DNA of 64,000 bases from Oikopleura dioica (taxonomy: Eukaryota > Animalia > Chordata). The notes under the pieces were generated by a model. The model was not told the origin of the DNA, ran no database searches, and was given only the letters and a program-made list of their open reading frames with translations. Of this stretch, positions 1-12,500 are shown piece after piece. Both the position numbers and the translations under genes were made by a program. Each line of letters starts with the position of its first letter. Position 1 is the stretch's first letter. The stretch lies in contig OU015568.1 in assembly GCA_907165135.1 (NCBI GenBank), positions 5,766,001 to 5,830,000 on the forward strand, read 5' to 3'.

Positions 1-1430
1 CCCGATTATTCGACAGATTTCGCGGCAGTTTGTCAGGTCCTCCAGCTTTGTGAGACTTGTTGGATCGCAGAGGGTTCGGCAAAGAGCGGTTTCGATTGAG
101 AAGAGATACATGCATTGGTTTTTGTTTTCTTCGTTTTCGAAATCAGTAAAGGTTTCATTTTTTGCTTTGCGCTTTTTGACGAGCGCGATTTTCGGGCTTG
201 GAAAGATGAATTCTCTGTAGTTGTCGTTATAAATGTCGCCGCAGTCGTACAAAGAAGCAGCGCATGCATCGAAATCGTAATCGTTTTTGATGCAGCTCTT
301 GAATTTCATGACACAGGCGGATCCAAAAGAAGGGCGATATTTGACCATATCCCAGTGGATCAAATTCGAAGCGATCATGATCAGAATCCAAAAGATGGAA
401 CCGAAAATTACCAGGTTGATGTATTGGTTCAAGGTTCCAAAGCCATGGTTCGAGACAGAGCTCCAAATTCACCTCACTCATGATTCACCTTGGTGAAGGT
501 GGGTAAAGGTGAAAAAATTTCACCTCACCTCACCTAAATTTTTCGAAAATCGACTTTCACTCACCTTCACCTTGGGGTGAAATAGGGTGAAAATTTTTCA
601 CCTCACCTCATCTCACCAATATTTTTTTGAAAATGAATTTTCACCTTATTTCACCAGGTGAAGTTGAGTGAAAGCCGATTTTTGGAAATTTTTGATAAAA
701 ATGAGGTGAGGTGAAAATTTTTCACCTTCACCCACCTTCGCCTAGGTGAATCTTGGGTGAAGTGAATTCGGAACTCTGGTTCGAGATTTTGAACCTTTTT
801 TCTCGCTTTCGATAGAGCTTCGGCTCGATTGGATAGAGATAGACCTCGTTGTTGGAGACAAATAACTCGCCCTCTGATTCGCAGCAAATGCAACGAACCT
901 TGATTTTGAAGAAAATAGAGAGAATGTTAAGAAGTTACCTTTTCGATGCGTTCTCGTTGTATTTTTCTCATGATTTGAGCTCTGAATGAGGAATAGTTCC
1001 AGTGAACAGTTCTTTTCTTGAGAAAATTTAATCCTCCGCGGAGATAGATATTTCCTGGCTCCGAAGTTTCAAGAATATGACAGTGTAGTTCAGGAAGGTT
1101 CGAATTTGAACTCGAGCATTTTTCTTCAGATTTCGTCAGCTGTTATATGAAATAAGTAATAATTTTTATGCTCAGGAAACTGATAAAAATAATTCAAAGA
1201 GAGCCAAAATCGACCGATTTTTGCCCCCTGAGACTTCAATTTGGTTCCCAAGTCCGGCAAATTATTCCTTCATGATTTTGCCGAAAGATCTTTTTACGGA
1301 GAGAAAATGAAAATGACGAGTAATGAAGAGGGCGGTGCAAGTTGCTGAAAAATAGCGAAACTAAATACCTTGTTGCCCTGGCATTGACATTGACTTGAGC
1401 GGTATCTTCATCGCTTATTCTGAGGAGAAT
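1..1430 (-). CDS. Uncharacterised multi-exon protein with one hydrophobic segment; runs off the window start; exon interrupted by a MITE
   Basis: Removing 456-778 plus one TSD gives a continuous frame VRCICCESEGELFVSNNEVYLYPIEPKLYRKREKRFKISNHGFGTLNQYINLVIFGSIFWILIMIASNL...CRIIG to position 1. A GT-AG intron at ~900-939 joins an upstream exon (...MRKIQRERIEK). 5' end unresolved. Confidence 0.55.
456..778. mobile_element. hAT-like MITE, 323 bp, 8-bp TSD
   Basis: Long imperfect TIRs starting CAGAG(C/T)TCC, TTCACC-rich interior, perfect direct repeat GTTCGAGA at 448-455 and 779-786. Confidence 0.9.
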
Positions 1431-2042
1431 CAGTAAAAAGAAAAAACTAAGCGGTTAGAGAGAAAGATAACAGAGCGTGAAAGAGTTTTGTAAATTATTT
1501 ATCAAATATATTAATAAATTTATTTTATATAACTCAAAAGTAAAAGGATGAACTTGGTCTTGAGTAATTACGAGCCGGTTCGAACAACAAGCAATAAACA
1601 GTGAGTTTATAAAGTTTCGAGTCGAAAACACTAATCCATCATGATTCATGACCTTCAGTGATTATCGAGACTGGACTGGCGTCTTCAAAAGTCAAAATTT
1701 GATCAACCCACTTCGGCCAAATTCCCCAACTCGTCGGGATGCACCTCATCCTCCAGGACCGGTTCTCCGTTTCTCACTTTCTTCTCAATTCCAACTCAAG
1801 AGCCTGAAAAAGGGATGTCGATTCAACGACCTTACAACTCGGGAAACGAAACTTTTTGGATTTGGAACCCTCCTCGACGGAGAATTCAAGAGAGGTTCTC
1901 TTCCTTGTTTTCAAAAAATCTTGATTCTTTAGATATCCAGCGACGCTTCCCTACATGTCTTATCAGAACTTTACTTGTACTCATAATTCTGGTAAGATGA
2001 AAAAAAAGGAAAGATGATCTGAAGGGATTAAGATCGCCCGTT

Positions 2043-2358
2043 GGGCTCGGCGACCTGTGAACAAAACCTGAGTCAGGATCTGAAAAATCTCTTGCGAAAA
2101 GCCGCGTAGCGGCTTTTTTAAAAACGAAGATTTGGGTGGAAATTTTCAACTAATCAGAAGCCTGGATTCGGCAAACCGGCCAATCAGCAGCCGAGTAGCC
2201 GCCCACGCATAATTTGTCGAAATTTTTTTGTCGGTTCCAGACAACATCTCTGGCGAACCCGCTTCGCGGCTTCGTTTTCAAAAAAAAGCCGCCACGAAGC
2301 TTTTCGCAAGAGATTTTTCAGATCCTGACTCACGTTTTTTACACAGGTTGCCGAGCCC
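2043..2358. mobile_element. Family A hairpin MITE with a family B element nested inside (~2125-2260)
   Basis: TIR GGGCTCGGCGACCTGTG...CACAGGTTGCCGAGCCC, subterminal CCTGAGTCAGG, internal AAGCCGCnnnGCGGCTT hairpins; the insert matches family B. Confidence 0.85.
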
Positions 2359-3059
2359 AATTCGCCTGTACGAACGAGTAAGAAATTACGGCAACCGGGA
2401 TATTTCGCTTCACTCATCAGTTTGGAATGTTCCAAGACAAGGTACACCCCCTTACTTAACAGCTTCGGAAGAACAAAGGTAAAATAAGAACAATGCGATG
2501 AATTTTTCAGTGCACAATTCTGTGGACTTTCCAATCCTTCCGCCGCCGCCAAGAAACACGCGCTTTGGCCGCCGCGATCTCAACCCAACTCTTCAGGGAA
2601 TCGTCCCAGGTAGTACATCCTTAAATTCGCGACGCTGCCCAGCGACATGCATAATCCGCAGCAGATTACGGCGCCGCAAATTAACTAATAATGAACCTGA
2701 CTGTGTGTCCGAGTGAGAATCTATTTATGAATATTTTAGGGAGTAACCGTAATCGTCTCGCTTCGAATTCTGTCGACTTCATCTGCTATCCTTAATTGAT
2801 AATTTACACTTCGATTTTTCACTCAGAAATGGCTATCTACCAAATTATATTATATTCATCATTCTAATAATTTTTAAATTTAAATCTGATCTACTAATTT
2901 AGTTAACTGCTAGTCATCGTAACTAGAAATAATAAAGACTTTAAAAAATCATTTTTCTCTTCGACTTTGTACAGCTACACCCTTATTTTTTCTGATTTGA
3001 AAGAAAATATTTCGATTTCTGGTCAAAGAAAATCTGGTCAAAGAAAAATACCGGCAAAT

Positions 3060-3310
3060 TTTGGGATGGCGTCTGGAACCGACAAAAAAATTTCGACAAA
3101 TTTTGCGTAGGCGGCTACTCGGCTGCTGATTGGCCAGTGAGCCGAATCCAGGCTTCTGATTGGTTGAAAATTTCAACGCAAAATATTTCGAAATTTTTTG
3201 TCGGTTCCAGACACCTCCCCCAAATTTTCCGTGGAAATTTTCAACCAACGAGAAGCCCGGATTCGCAAAACCGACAGATAAGCAGCCAAGAACCCGCCCA
3301 CGCAAATTTT
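3060..3310. mobile_element. Family B MITE plus partial second copy
   Basis: TIR GTCTGGAACCGACAAAAAAATTTCGACAAATTTTGCGT...GTCGGTTCCAGAC with paired CTGATTGG cores; similar copies at ~12825-12945, ~23060-23237, ~50028-50200, ~61945-62118. Confidence 0.8.
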
Positions 3311-4276
3311 TTCTTGATTTTTTGTCGATTCGTAACCGCGGCCCATCAAAATGGCTCTCAGACGATACGATATTTAAATTGTTCATAAAATATATATTAT
3401 ATTTCTTATTTTATAATACCTTTATTATATAATATAATTTCTATATCATATATTGCTTGTAGATAGCTTTTCTTACAGTACATAAAATCTGAAAATATAT
3501 CCTGCTAGAAGGAACCTGAAACAGAATCTTCCACTGTACAGAACTGTAACTACTAATTTATCCTTCAAAAATGCTGGTGACTTCATCTCATTTCATTTCA
3601 ATTTTTCTGCTTCTAGTCATCGACTCATATTCTGCTCAGAGCAATAAATATATCAATATGTGTTAAAAGAATTTATTCACTCACACGCACGTATACAGTA
3701 ATGAATGTCAGTAACGTCTGCACAAAATCGAAGTTCAATAATATCCATCCTCGAAGCCTGAAAAAAATGACGTTTTTTTTTCCTTTTTCATCAATTTTGA
3801 CCTGATTCAAAAAGGGACTTACTCGGACTTCGTTTACTAAATTTCATATTCGTAAACTTCTTCAAATTACGAGCGATGCCAGCATCGGACAATAATCTCG
3901 AAATATCTCCATTTAGCGACGGATCCCAGCCCTGAAAAAACCATATTTTCGACACGGGAGACGTCGATTTCAATGAATGTTAATTTCATTTTGATGAGCA
4001 AAGACAGCTTCGATGAATTATTGGCTGGTACCTGACTGGCGGCTGTGCTGGCCCACTGGTCTAAGTTGTTGTTTCGTGTATTGACCTTGAATGCGTCCAG
4101 TGATAGAACAAGGAACTAAAGGAGAATTTAAAGATACAGTAGTCGAAAATATCAAGAAATTGATAGCATTTTTGACATTTCGGGAAAAAATTTCTGTAAA
4201 AAATAATGAAAAAACAAAAATGATGATTTTTATCATAAAAATAATCGTAAAAGCCTTCTTTTTAAGCCAAAAATAA

Positions 4277-4429
4277 GGGTGTCACAATGATAGTTAGGAG
4301 TTTTATGATCAAATATTGAAGAAAAAATTTCTCGAAAAACATCTTTTTTGCCAACTTAAGGGGGTATCCTTCGATAATCGAGATTTTCAAAAAGATTTTT
4401 TTTTTCGATAAGTTAACATTATGACACCC
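4277..4429. mobile_element. Small TIR element with GGGTGTC termini and (A/T)TAA flanks (Kolobok-like MITE)
   Basis: ATAA|GGGTGTCACAATG...CATTATGACACCC|TTAA; same terminus as 42316-43151. Confidence 0.65.
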
Positions 4430-5832
4430 TTAATTTTTTCCAGAAAAGATTTTTTGACTGTTAATCTCTTGATTTTCAATATTTTGAACTTACGAAAAGT
4501 CTCATGAGCGAATATTCTGTTCTCATCAAATTTGCGTTTCATCGACTTGACGGTGTTTTAAATACACTCGTAGTTCGCGCTCTCGCGCCATCTACGAAAA
4601 CATTTTATCAATTCTGCAACTCGCTGGAACGTTGAATCAGAATTCTGCCTACTTAATTTGCTGTGGTTTTTTTTGTTCTGATTATTGATGCATTGTTTTT
4701 AGAAAAATGACACTCAGACGGTGCTGTCTGGGGCGAATTCAGTTTATTTTCTGATTATTTTTTCTTATGCAATAATTGATTTTGACGAAATCAGTGATTT
4801 AAGGGGGGGTCCTTATTTGATAAAATTAATATTAGGATAAGTAATGATAAAACTGCTGAAGGTTAGGGTTGAAAATTCAGGGGCTAGGGTGATAGTTTTA
4901 ATTAAGGGCTCCAACCTTCGATTTGAAAAACTTCCCCCTTGAATAACTCTGAACCTATAAATGGTTGAGCCTTTTTTATGGGGTTTATGGATAGATTTTT
5001 ATTTTCCCTTAAACATGTCAGAGCCGTTTTCTGTTTTCTCAATAAAAAGTCGGCAAAAAACTTTAAAAAAAAAATACCAATTTTGACGGTCAAATAGCTC
5101 GGAAATGAGCCTGACTAGAGAATATTTTCTTGTGAGACTAGATAAGGGGTAATTTATTTAAAATGATCGCTTACACATAAAAAATTTTTAATTCATAAAT
5201 ATCAAATGATTGAAATTTCCGTCCTTTAGTTGAAAAAAATATCCGTTTTTTGGTAAAAAGTATGTAAAAAATGCATATTTGAAAATCTGTCATTTCAGTT
5301 ATTGGAAAATCCACTATTTTTTATCGGAAATGCTATACTGTATTATTGGGTTTGTACAGTAAGAAGAAAGTATCGCAGAAAATCTGTCACATCGACAAGA
5401 ATAATTGAACCTGTCAATATACACTCGGTGACTTTAGTATGGCTGTAGTCATGACATGCGCATAAATTATGCAGTATAATGAACAGTGTCAGCAGAATGA
5501 TGGATGAGCCTTTTCTTACAGTCATCCCTTTTTTGTCCTGACCGCCGAAAGAAAATACAGGGAGAGCAGATAGTACAGTATCTAAACTGTTATTTTAGCT
5601 GAAAAAGAGCTCGAAAAAACGCGGTTTTCTAGGCAAAAATGGCAAATTAGAACTTGAAATAGCGAAATTAAAATTCGAATGATAAATTCATCGAAATCGG
5701 ATTAACCGAAAATAACAACAGAAACCGCAAGTTTTGGCCGGGGAATTGACCAACGCCCTTTATTCCCTCATCTCTGGCGGGCGCCTTTAGAATTCGACAT
5801 TCGCTCGAAAAGAAATCGAATAATTAGAGATA

Positions 5833-6049
5833 ATGCATTTTTCTGACCCAGGTTCAAATTTATTATTTACATTTATATGAATTCATTAAATAATTTGCTG
5901 TTTACTTTTTTTTGCAAAGAGTAAAAATGTCTTTTATCAATTAATTTGCAGACGATATCGGCTCCTGCCCTGGCGGAAATCCAAACTGCACCTGCGGTTC
6001 TGCCTGTGGATGTGGCGCTGGCTGCACTTGCGGAACAAGCGAAGAATGA
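5833..6049 (+). CDS. Putative 38-aa metallothionein-like protein (7 Cys)
   Basis: Exon 5833-5851, GT-AG intron 5852-5951, exon 5952-6049 give MHFSDPDDIGSCPGGNPNCTCGSACGCGAGCTCGTSEE*; three CxC motifs; AATAAA ~65 nt after the stop. First exon less certain than the second. Confidence 0.65.
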
Positions 6050-6719
6050 ATTAAAATTTTATTTCAAAGGAAATCTTGTCAGAGCCTGTTTTTTGGCAAT
6101 TTTACTTTTTAAAAGAATAAACAAGAAACTTCTTTTCGTGGAACATTTATTTTTCATTTGTTGATTTTTGTTTGTCTTCGGCTTGCCAGACATCGAAAAG
6201 GTCGATGTATTCGCCGCTAAAAATGAATTCTTAAGGACTTCCTCGATTGTTGAAAAGATCTTTCCAGAAGCTTTTTGAAGGATATATTTTCGTTCTCTAA
6301 TATTGACGGGAAAACTTCAGAATTAGCGCCGAAAATTCTCGATTGAAACGCGCGCGCCCAGCTCTGATTGGTCAAAAACGCGAAATAACGTCTAAGCCTA
6401 ACCCTAACTCTTATCATAATCAAGGGGGCCTCATCAACGATCCTGGACTCTATTCCTTAAGTTTAAGCGACAATCAAAGCCCCTGTGCCGTCAGCACTGT
6501 AGGATGGAGCAACTGTAGCACTTTGTCTATCCACCAAATTGTAGTTTCGCTAAAGTAGTTCGCATCCCCAGAGAAATGGACGAATTTATTTCGTCGTCAT
6601 TTACCTGATGTACTCGTCTTTTTCAAGAATGTCGACTAAAACTTTAATTTGGGTCAAGATTAAAATACAAAGTTTACTGTACTTTTACAGTCTTATCAAT
6701 ACAATGAAGACTGTACTCT

Positions 6720-7928
6720 GGCCTCGGCAACCTGTTTTGAAAAACTGAGTCAGGATTTTGAAAAATAAAAATAAGAAGCCGCGTAGCGGCTATCTGCAAA
6801 ACGAAGCCGTTAAGCCGCTTCGCTAGCATACAGTTTGAAGCACTTTTAAGGCCGACCCTTTTAAGGCCACTTTTTCGAAAAATTCCCAAAATGTGTCATC
6901 CTAAAAAAATCCACTTTAAGGCCACTTTCCCTTCAATTTCAGTTCAAAATCCGAAAATTACAGTGTCACTTGAAAAAGCTTTTTATCTTCGACTGCGTGA
7001 TGCCTTGTGTTTTTATCTTTATTTTTCTTTTTGGTATTTTTCGATGCTTTTTTCTCGATTTTTTCAATTAACCCCCATCGGCCAAAATGTCCAAAAAGAA
7101 GGTATGATATTTTTCGTTGTTTTAGACCTCTTCGATTGAAAATTTTGTGTGCTTTCTGATGATTACTTGTCATCATGTTTATCTAATGTGACCAAAAAGA
7201 TATGGCCAAATAAAAATTGTCCACAATGGACGCTGGCCGATGGGGGTTAACGATAATTTCTTTTGGTCTTGTTTGAATTTTCACTTAGATTTTGAGTCCA
7301 AGTGTTTCAATCTATAATCATTATATAGGCGTGTAAAAATACGCAGATGAATGTCTTAACCATTTTTTGTTTGAAAAAGCCCAGCAACTGTCTTCTTCAC
7401 GTCACTATTCTTTGACGTCTTCACTAGAATCTCTTCATATCTTTTTTCTAAGCATTTGCCATGTTGATTCTTTTTTAAGACATGCTTTACGAATATTATT
7501 TTTGAAAAAATGAAAGAAAGAATCATTTTGAGTTCAATTTAAAGGACACATTCTGAAAAAGGATACAATTCATACTTTGTTCGAACGAAAAAAATAATAC
7601 TATTTCTATTTTTTAGGAAATAAATTGAAAGTATATTCCAAAAACAGTGAAAGAAAGTTAAGTTCCGAATAATTTTATGAAGCCTCATTTATCTTTTTTC
7701 CCAAGAAAGGAAAAAATTTGTTGTCATCCAACTCGAGACAAAAAATATCCATTTTAAGGCCACTTTTGAAATTCGCTGTCATCCGAAAATCGGCCTTAAA
7801 AGTGCTTCACACTGTAAATAATTTCTTGAGTGATAAACTTTGGCGAAGCCGCTTTGCGGCTTCGTTTTTGAAAAAGCCGCTACGCGGCTTTTCATAAGAT
7901 TCTAAACCCTGACTAAGGTTGCCGAGGC
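6720..7928. mobile_element. Family A MITE split by a nested element
   Basis: Left arm GCCTCGGCAACCTG at ~6720-6828; right arm ending GGTTGCCGAGGC at ~7840-7928. Confidence 0.8.
6831..7814. mobile_element. TA-flanked non-autonomous Tc1/mariner-like element, 984 bp
   Basis: TA|CAGTTTGAAGCACTTTTAAGGCCGA...TCGGCCTTAAAAGTGCTTCACACTG|TA (25-bp TIR, one mismatch); no transposase ORF. Confidence 0.85.
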
Positions 7929-7944
7929 GACACTACTGTTTTTC

Positions 7945-9162
7945 TTATGGCAAGTAGGAAAAAACAGTTGCTGATTTAATTACTTCTGTAAAATTCGATC
8001 CATTTTTAAAGGAAAAAAATCTCCCGAAAACAGCTTCAGCCATTTATCTGGACATAGATTCGGCTTGAGTGTCGGTTGAGTTAATTTGGGCGAAAAGAGA
8101 TTACTGTCTTGAAAATGGACCCGCTCCCTTTGGCAGACACGGCCGTCTTGACAGGTTGCATGTTGCGCCACATTTCCGCATCTGTGTCCGTTTTAATCAT
8201 CGTTTCCTTCATGTAGTGGAACATTGCCGTGTCCATTGGACCAGGCGCCCAGTTTAGGCAGCGAATTGAGGGTTCTTCTAAGGCGATGACTTTTTCAACG
8301 GGCTATTTTTCATCACCACTTTATCAATAAGCCAATTTTATACAGCGTATACTGAGCTCGGCAACCTGTGTAGAAAACCTGAGTCAGGTTCTGAAGAGAT
8401 CAAATGAAAAGCCGCGTAGCGGCTTTTAAGAAAAGAAGCCGCATAGCGGCTTCGCTAAATCAACATTACAGTCTCTTTTGATCTACTGGCGTAGCCGCTT
8501 TGCGGCTTTTTTGAGAAAGCCGCAACGTAGCTTTTCATTGGAGCTCTCTAGAACCTAATTGAGTTTTTCTACAAAATTTGCCGAGGCAAGAAAATGATAC
8601 CGTTTCCTTCAAGAAGACAATTTCTAGCTCTCCTGGAAGCAGAATAAAGTGAACATTTTGGCACATTGACTTTTGACAAGAGAGTCGTTATGTTCACGAT
8701 ATGAAGTTTGCTCTCAGAAAAGGTATTCTTGAAAGCGGTCGCGAGAGGAATGAATTGAGCGACATTCGATGTCCAGAAATTACTCAGCTCCTCTAAAATT
8801 GACCTAGAAAAAGTTATTTATTCTCAAATCAAACCTAAAGAGTGGCCTGTTTCCAAAAGTGGCTTTTCGATATCACCGCAAGTGCCTGCATTTGAAATTA
8901 AAAATGCACTTCGATACGACTTTCTTGTTGTTTTGATAAGTTCCATCCAATTCAGGGGCTCGCCAAGGTCGCCCTTCAAAATCTTCACTTCGCATCTTTT
9001 CTTTTCTTCTTTCTCTAGCCAGGGAATCGTTCCGTTTCTACTGTGAAGAAGCAGCAATGAATCCTTATCAAGACGGGAAAGAAACTCTCTAGCAATAGCT
9101 TCGCCATAGCCCCGATTTGCTCCTGTTATTAAAACGGCTGAGTTTTGACCAAAAATGACCAT
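7945..9162 (-). CDS. SPR: Sepiapterin reductase-like short-chain dehydrogenase/reductase
   Basis: VLITGANRGYGEAIA Rossmann motif, LISNAGTCGDI, VNITT, YSASR (YxxxK-like), ALEEPSIRCLNWAPGPMDTAM. Last exon uncertain. Confidence 0.75.
8354..8587. mobile_element. Family A MITE in SPR intron
   Basis: GAGCTCGGCAACCTGTGTAGAAAACCTGAGTCAGG...TTTGCCGAGGC with AAGCCGC hairpins. Confidence 0.85.
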
Positions 9163-9531
9163 TTTGTATTTTTTCGAAAACACACCCTTGGAAGAAGAAA
9201 AAGCAAAAAGACGAAAAAACAAATCAATAAACAACAGCTCGTTAAATTGGGCTCGATCATATCGCGATCATTTTTTTATTAATTGAAGATATTTCATAAA
9301 AAGAAAAAATTGGGCATCTTGGCGGGAAAAAGAAGTTTTCTTCAATTGTCGACCGGGTATTTGGCGTGTTTTTTCAAAGCAGCATCCATCGCCACTGAAA
9401 ATTTTTTGAATTGTTGTCAAAAAATTAAAAACTTTTGCTTCTTGAAAAACTTGAAAAATAATTTTCAAAAGTCGAATTTCGCACCATAAAAAGTGATCGA
9501 ATTTTCGGAATAGGGATTTTTCAATTTGTTT

Positions 9532-12500
9532 TCAAGCCGATAAATAAGCTCTATCTTTATAATCATTTTTAGATTTCTTCCTAAAACTTAAAAACTTGAA
9601 GCACAGCAAACCTTTGAGCATCGTCGGAAAATTCGGGTTCCCAAGCCCAGTGACAGGATCCCAGCCTTTCTGAGCATAAAATCCTCGATCGTAGTACTCC
9701 GACAAATCGCAGCCAGCGTTGTACCCTGAGTAAGCCCTGTTAGTAGCTATCTTTTCTTTGATAGGGCTCGGCAACCTGTGTTTAAAACCTGAGTCAGCTT
9801 CTGAATAGCTCCAATAAAAAGCTGCGTAGCGGCTTTTTTTTTAAACGAAGCCGCAAAGCTTCTTCGCAAGTTTTTTATGGCGAAGCCGCTTCGCGGCTAC
9901 GTTTTTAAAAAAGCCGCTACGCGGCTTTTCATTTGAGCTATTTTGAACCTGACTCAGATTTTCAAGACTGATTGTTGAGCACTTCTCTTAGATAAAACCT
10001 TGGGTAACGTCGGTAATCGCGTCAGGATTCTTGTAAAGCAGCGGGTTGACAAACCCAAGCGGCGGGAGATTCGATCGGAGTCGGTAGTCGTTGATGTGCG
10101 CTAGAATTCCAGCGACGACGGGGCAGGAAGCGGAGGTGCCCAGAACGCCAGGGACGGGAACACGGTTGTTGACTACCCAGTAGTGGTTGGAAACAGCGGC
10201 GATGTCGGGATAGCCTCGGCCCGTGGGGCGGTAGTAGTCATCTGATTCACTTTTTGACTCGCTTTCGCGCTTTTCTACCTACCTGGTGGAAGTTTTTCGG
10301 AAGTTCCAAGAAAGCTCGCGACAAGTTCTTTTTGATATTCTGGCATTTCGAAAACATCAGAAAAGCCGCCGCCAGAAATGTCGTATCCTTCTTCTTCGCC
10401 AATATCGAAGGGATGAATAAATGCTGTTCCACCTTTTTCCAGTTCAAAAATAACCCGAATTTCAACGCGAAGAAACAGTTAAATTTGAACTTTTCCTACA
10501 GTAGTGACGTACGGCGAGGTAGATGGCCACTGCGGCTCGAAGCGTTTATTTTCCTGGCATCCGGCGCCGTCGTCTCCAGAAGCAAAGAGCAGCGTCAGGC
10601 CACGAGCACCTGCCTTCATAAATTCCACGTTGATTCGTTTCATGTAATCTGGATCGACAGAATTTTCTTTGTCCGAGTAACTGGCGGAATTGACCAGTGG
10701 CGGGTTTTCTTCGTTAGACAGGTCTTTTTCAAGGGTTAAAAGGAAATAGGAAAAAAATTTTTTCTAGAGCAAATTTGTTTATTTTCAAAAATTGGTTCTA
10801 AAAAAATGATTTTATGGGTTTTTTAGAGATTCAAGACCGTGTGAATTGGTTTTACTAAAAAATTTATAAATTATTAAAAAAACAAAAAAAATAACTTTTT
10901 TATTAAAATCAAACAAAGCTTATTTTTCGATCATAAATGCACACCTTCATTTGCTATTCTTTCTTTCGGCTCGAAAAGCTGTTACTGAGGTTGAAAAAAC
11001 ACTCGTTTTTAGAATTTTCGATTTGCTAAATTTAGCAGAATGATTTCTTTCTTCTTATGCTCTGATGAAAGAAAATATAAATTTGACGCTATTTTGATTT
11101 TAACTTCACTAGTAAACATGTTTAAAAGGACGATCTCTCTATATACAGCGAAAAAAGCATGAAGTATTCAAAGTCAATTTTGTTTATGGAGAAATATTTC
11201 TCTAGAACATTTTTTTTAATTATCTCTAGAAAATTTTGTCCTGAGATAAAAGTGTCAAAAATCGAGAAAAGATTATTTTTAGCTACAATAACAGTATTAA
11301 ATAAACTCAAACTAGCTTTATTATTAGTTCTAACATCATAAAAACAGAAGGACGAAGAAATTTTTTCGGTGAGTTCAATAAACCAAAATAAAAAAAAATG
11401 ATGTTTTCTTCATTTTCCATCAGTGGACGTAAAATAAAAGGAAACGGGGAATGAAATTCTTTATCTGATAGAATAAAGCATGAGAATTCTCGTTTGAGTT
11501 TAATAAAATTGCTTTTTTAAATATTTTTTAATAATATTCGAATTTCAAATTTCATATTTTAGGCCATTTTTGTCTAGTCGACTTATTATCGAGAATCAAA
11601 ATTCTAGAACAAACAAATTCGCTCTAGAAAAAATCGAATTCTCTCAAAAATTTTAACCCGTGCCAATAAGCCACTGCAAAAACGGCTCCTGCTGCTCGTG
11701 TCTTCCCGCAGTGTACCAAAACCAAGTGGTGATGTTGTTCCCTGTCGACATGATGTACTGCGTATCCAAAGAAGCTTCGATTCCAGACAGGCCTCCAGGA
11801 ACGTCGCCGACTACTTTGTCGATTTCTTGACGGTGCTCGTAGCCTTTTCCGTAAAGTCGCCAGAAAAGGTCCAAATCGCCTTGGTGGTAGTATTGCTCGA
11901 GAAATTGAGGAGTGCATTGGCTGAAAAAAAATGATAATTTTTAAGTTTTCGTTCAAATTTTCGGATTTGAGTCGAAATTTTCAAGAAAAAACTCGATTAT
12001 TTGGACATTTTCTGGCTTTCTCAACTTTTCAACCAATAAGAAGCGGGTAAAAAGCCCGCCAGCCAATCAAAAATCGGCATTTTTCTAACCTGTTGTCTGG
12101 ATGGCGCCCTGTTTCGGAAGAAATATTGTATCTGGCTCGAATGACTTCTGGGTAGTTTCCAATGTGTCGGACGTTTTCTTTGATAGTTTTTCCGAAATCT
12201 TCTCTGTCGATTGACAACTTCTGGTGCACTGATGGAAGTTTGGAAACAGCGCCACCAATGTAGTCAATCATCGCCGCCGCTGACTGCGGAATCTTCAGAT
12301 ACGATGTTGTTCTGATATATTTTCTAGTGCTTCCAGGCTTCCGAAAGACGTGGAATTTTTGAATGTCAAAAAGTCGCATCGCATCTCGGACGGAAAACTC
12401 GCACGTGACCCAATCCATGTTCGAGTTGACGGTGCATTTTGAAGCGCTTTGCTGGGAAAGATACACTTTTTCTTCATCTTCGACGAAATTTTCGCCAGAA

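Noticed and set aside
2500-2720. TGA read-through or selenocysteine in a minus-strand frame (ELG*DRG)
   Set aside because: No recognisable selenoprotein motif or SECIS; an unresolved intron or non-coding sequence is simpler.
1886-3432. ORFs such as 1886..2149, 2184..2552, 2949..3386 and 61815..62243
   Set aside because: They run through family A/B MITE sequence and recur as near-identical peptides wherever the MITEs occur.
5500-5832. Metal-response elements upstream of the MT-like gene
   Set aside because: No TGCRCNC match found by eye on either strand; nearby TGCGCAT does not fit.
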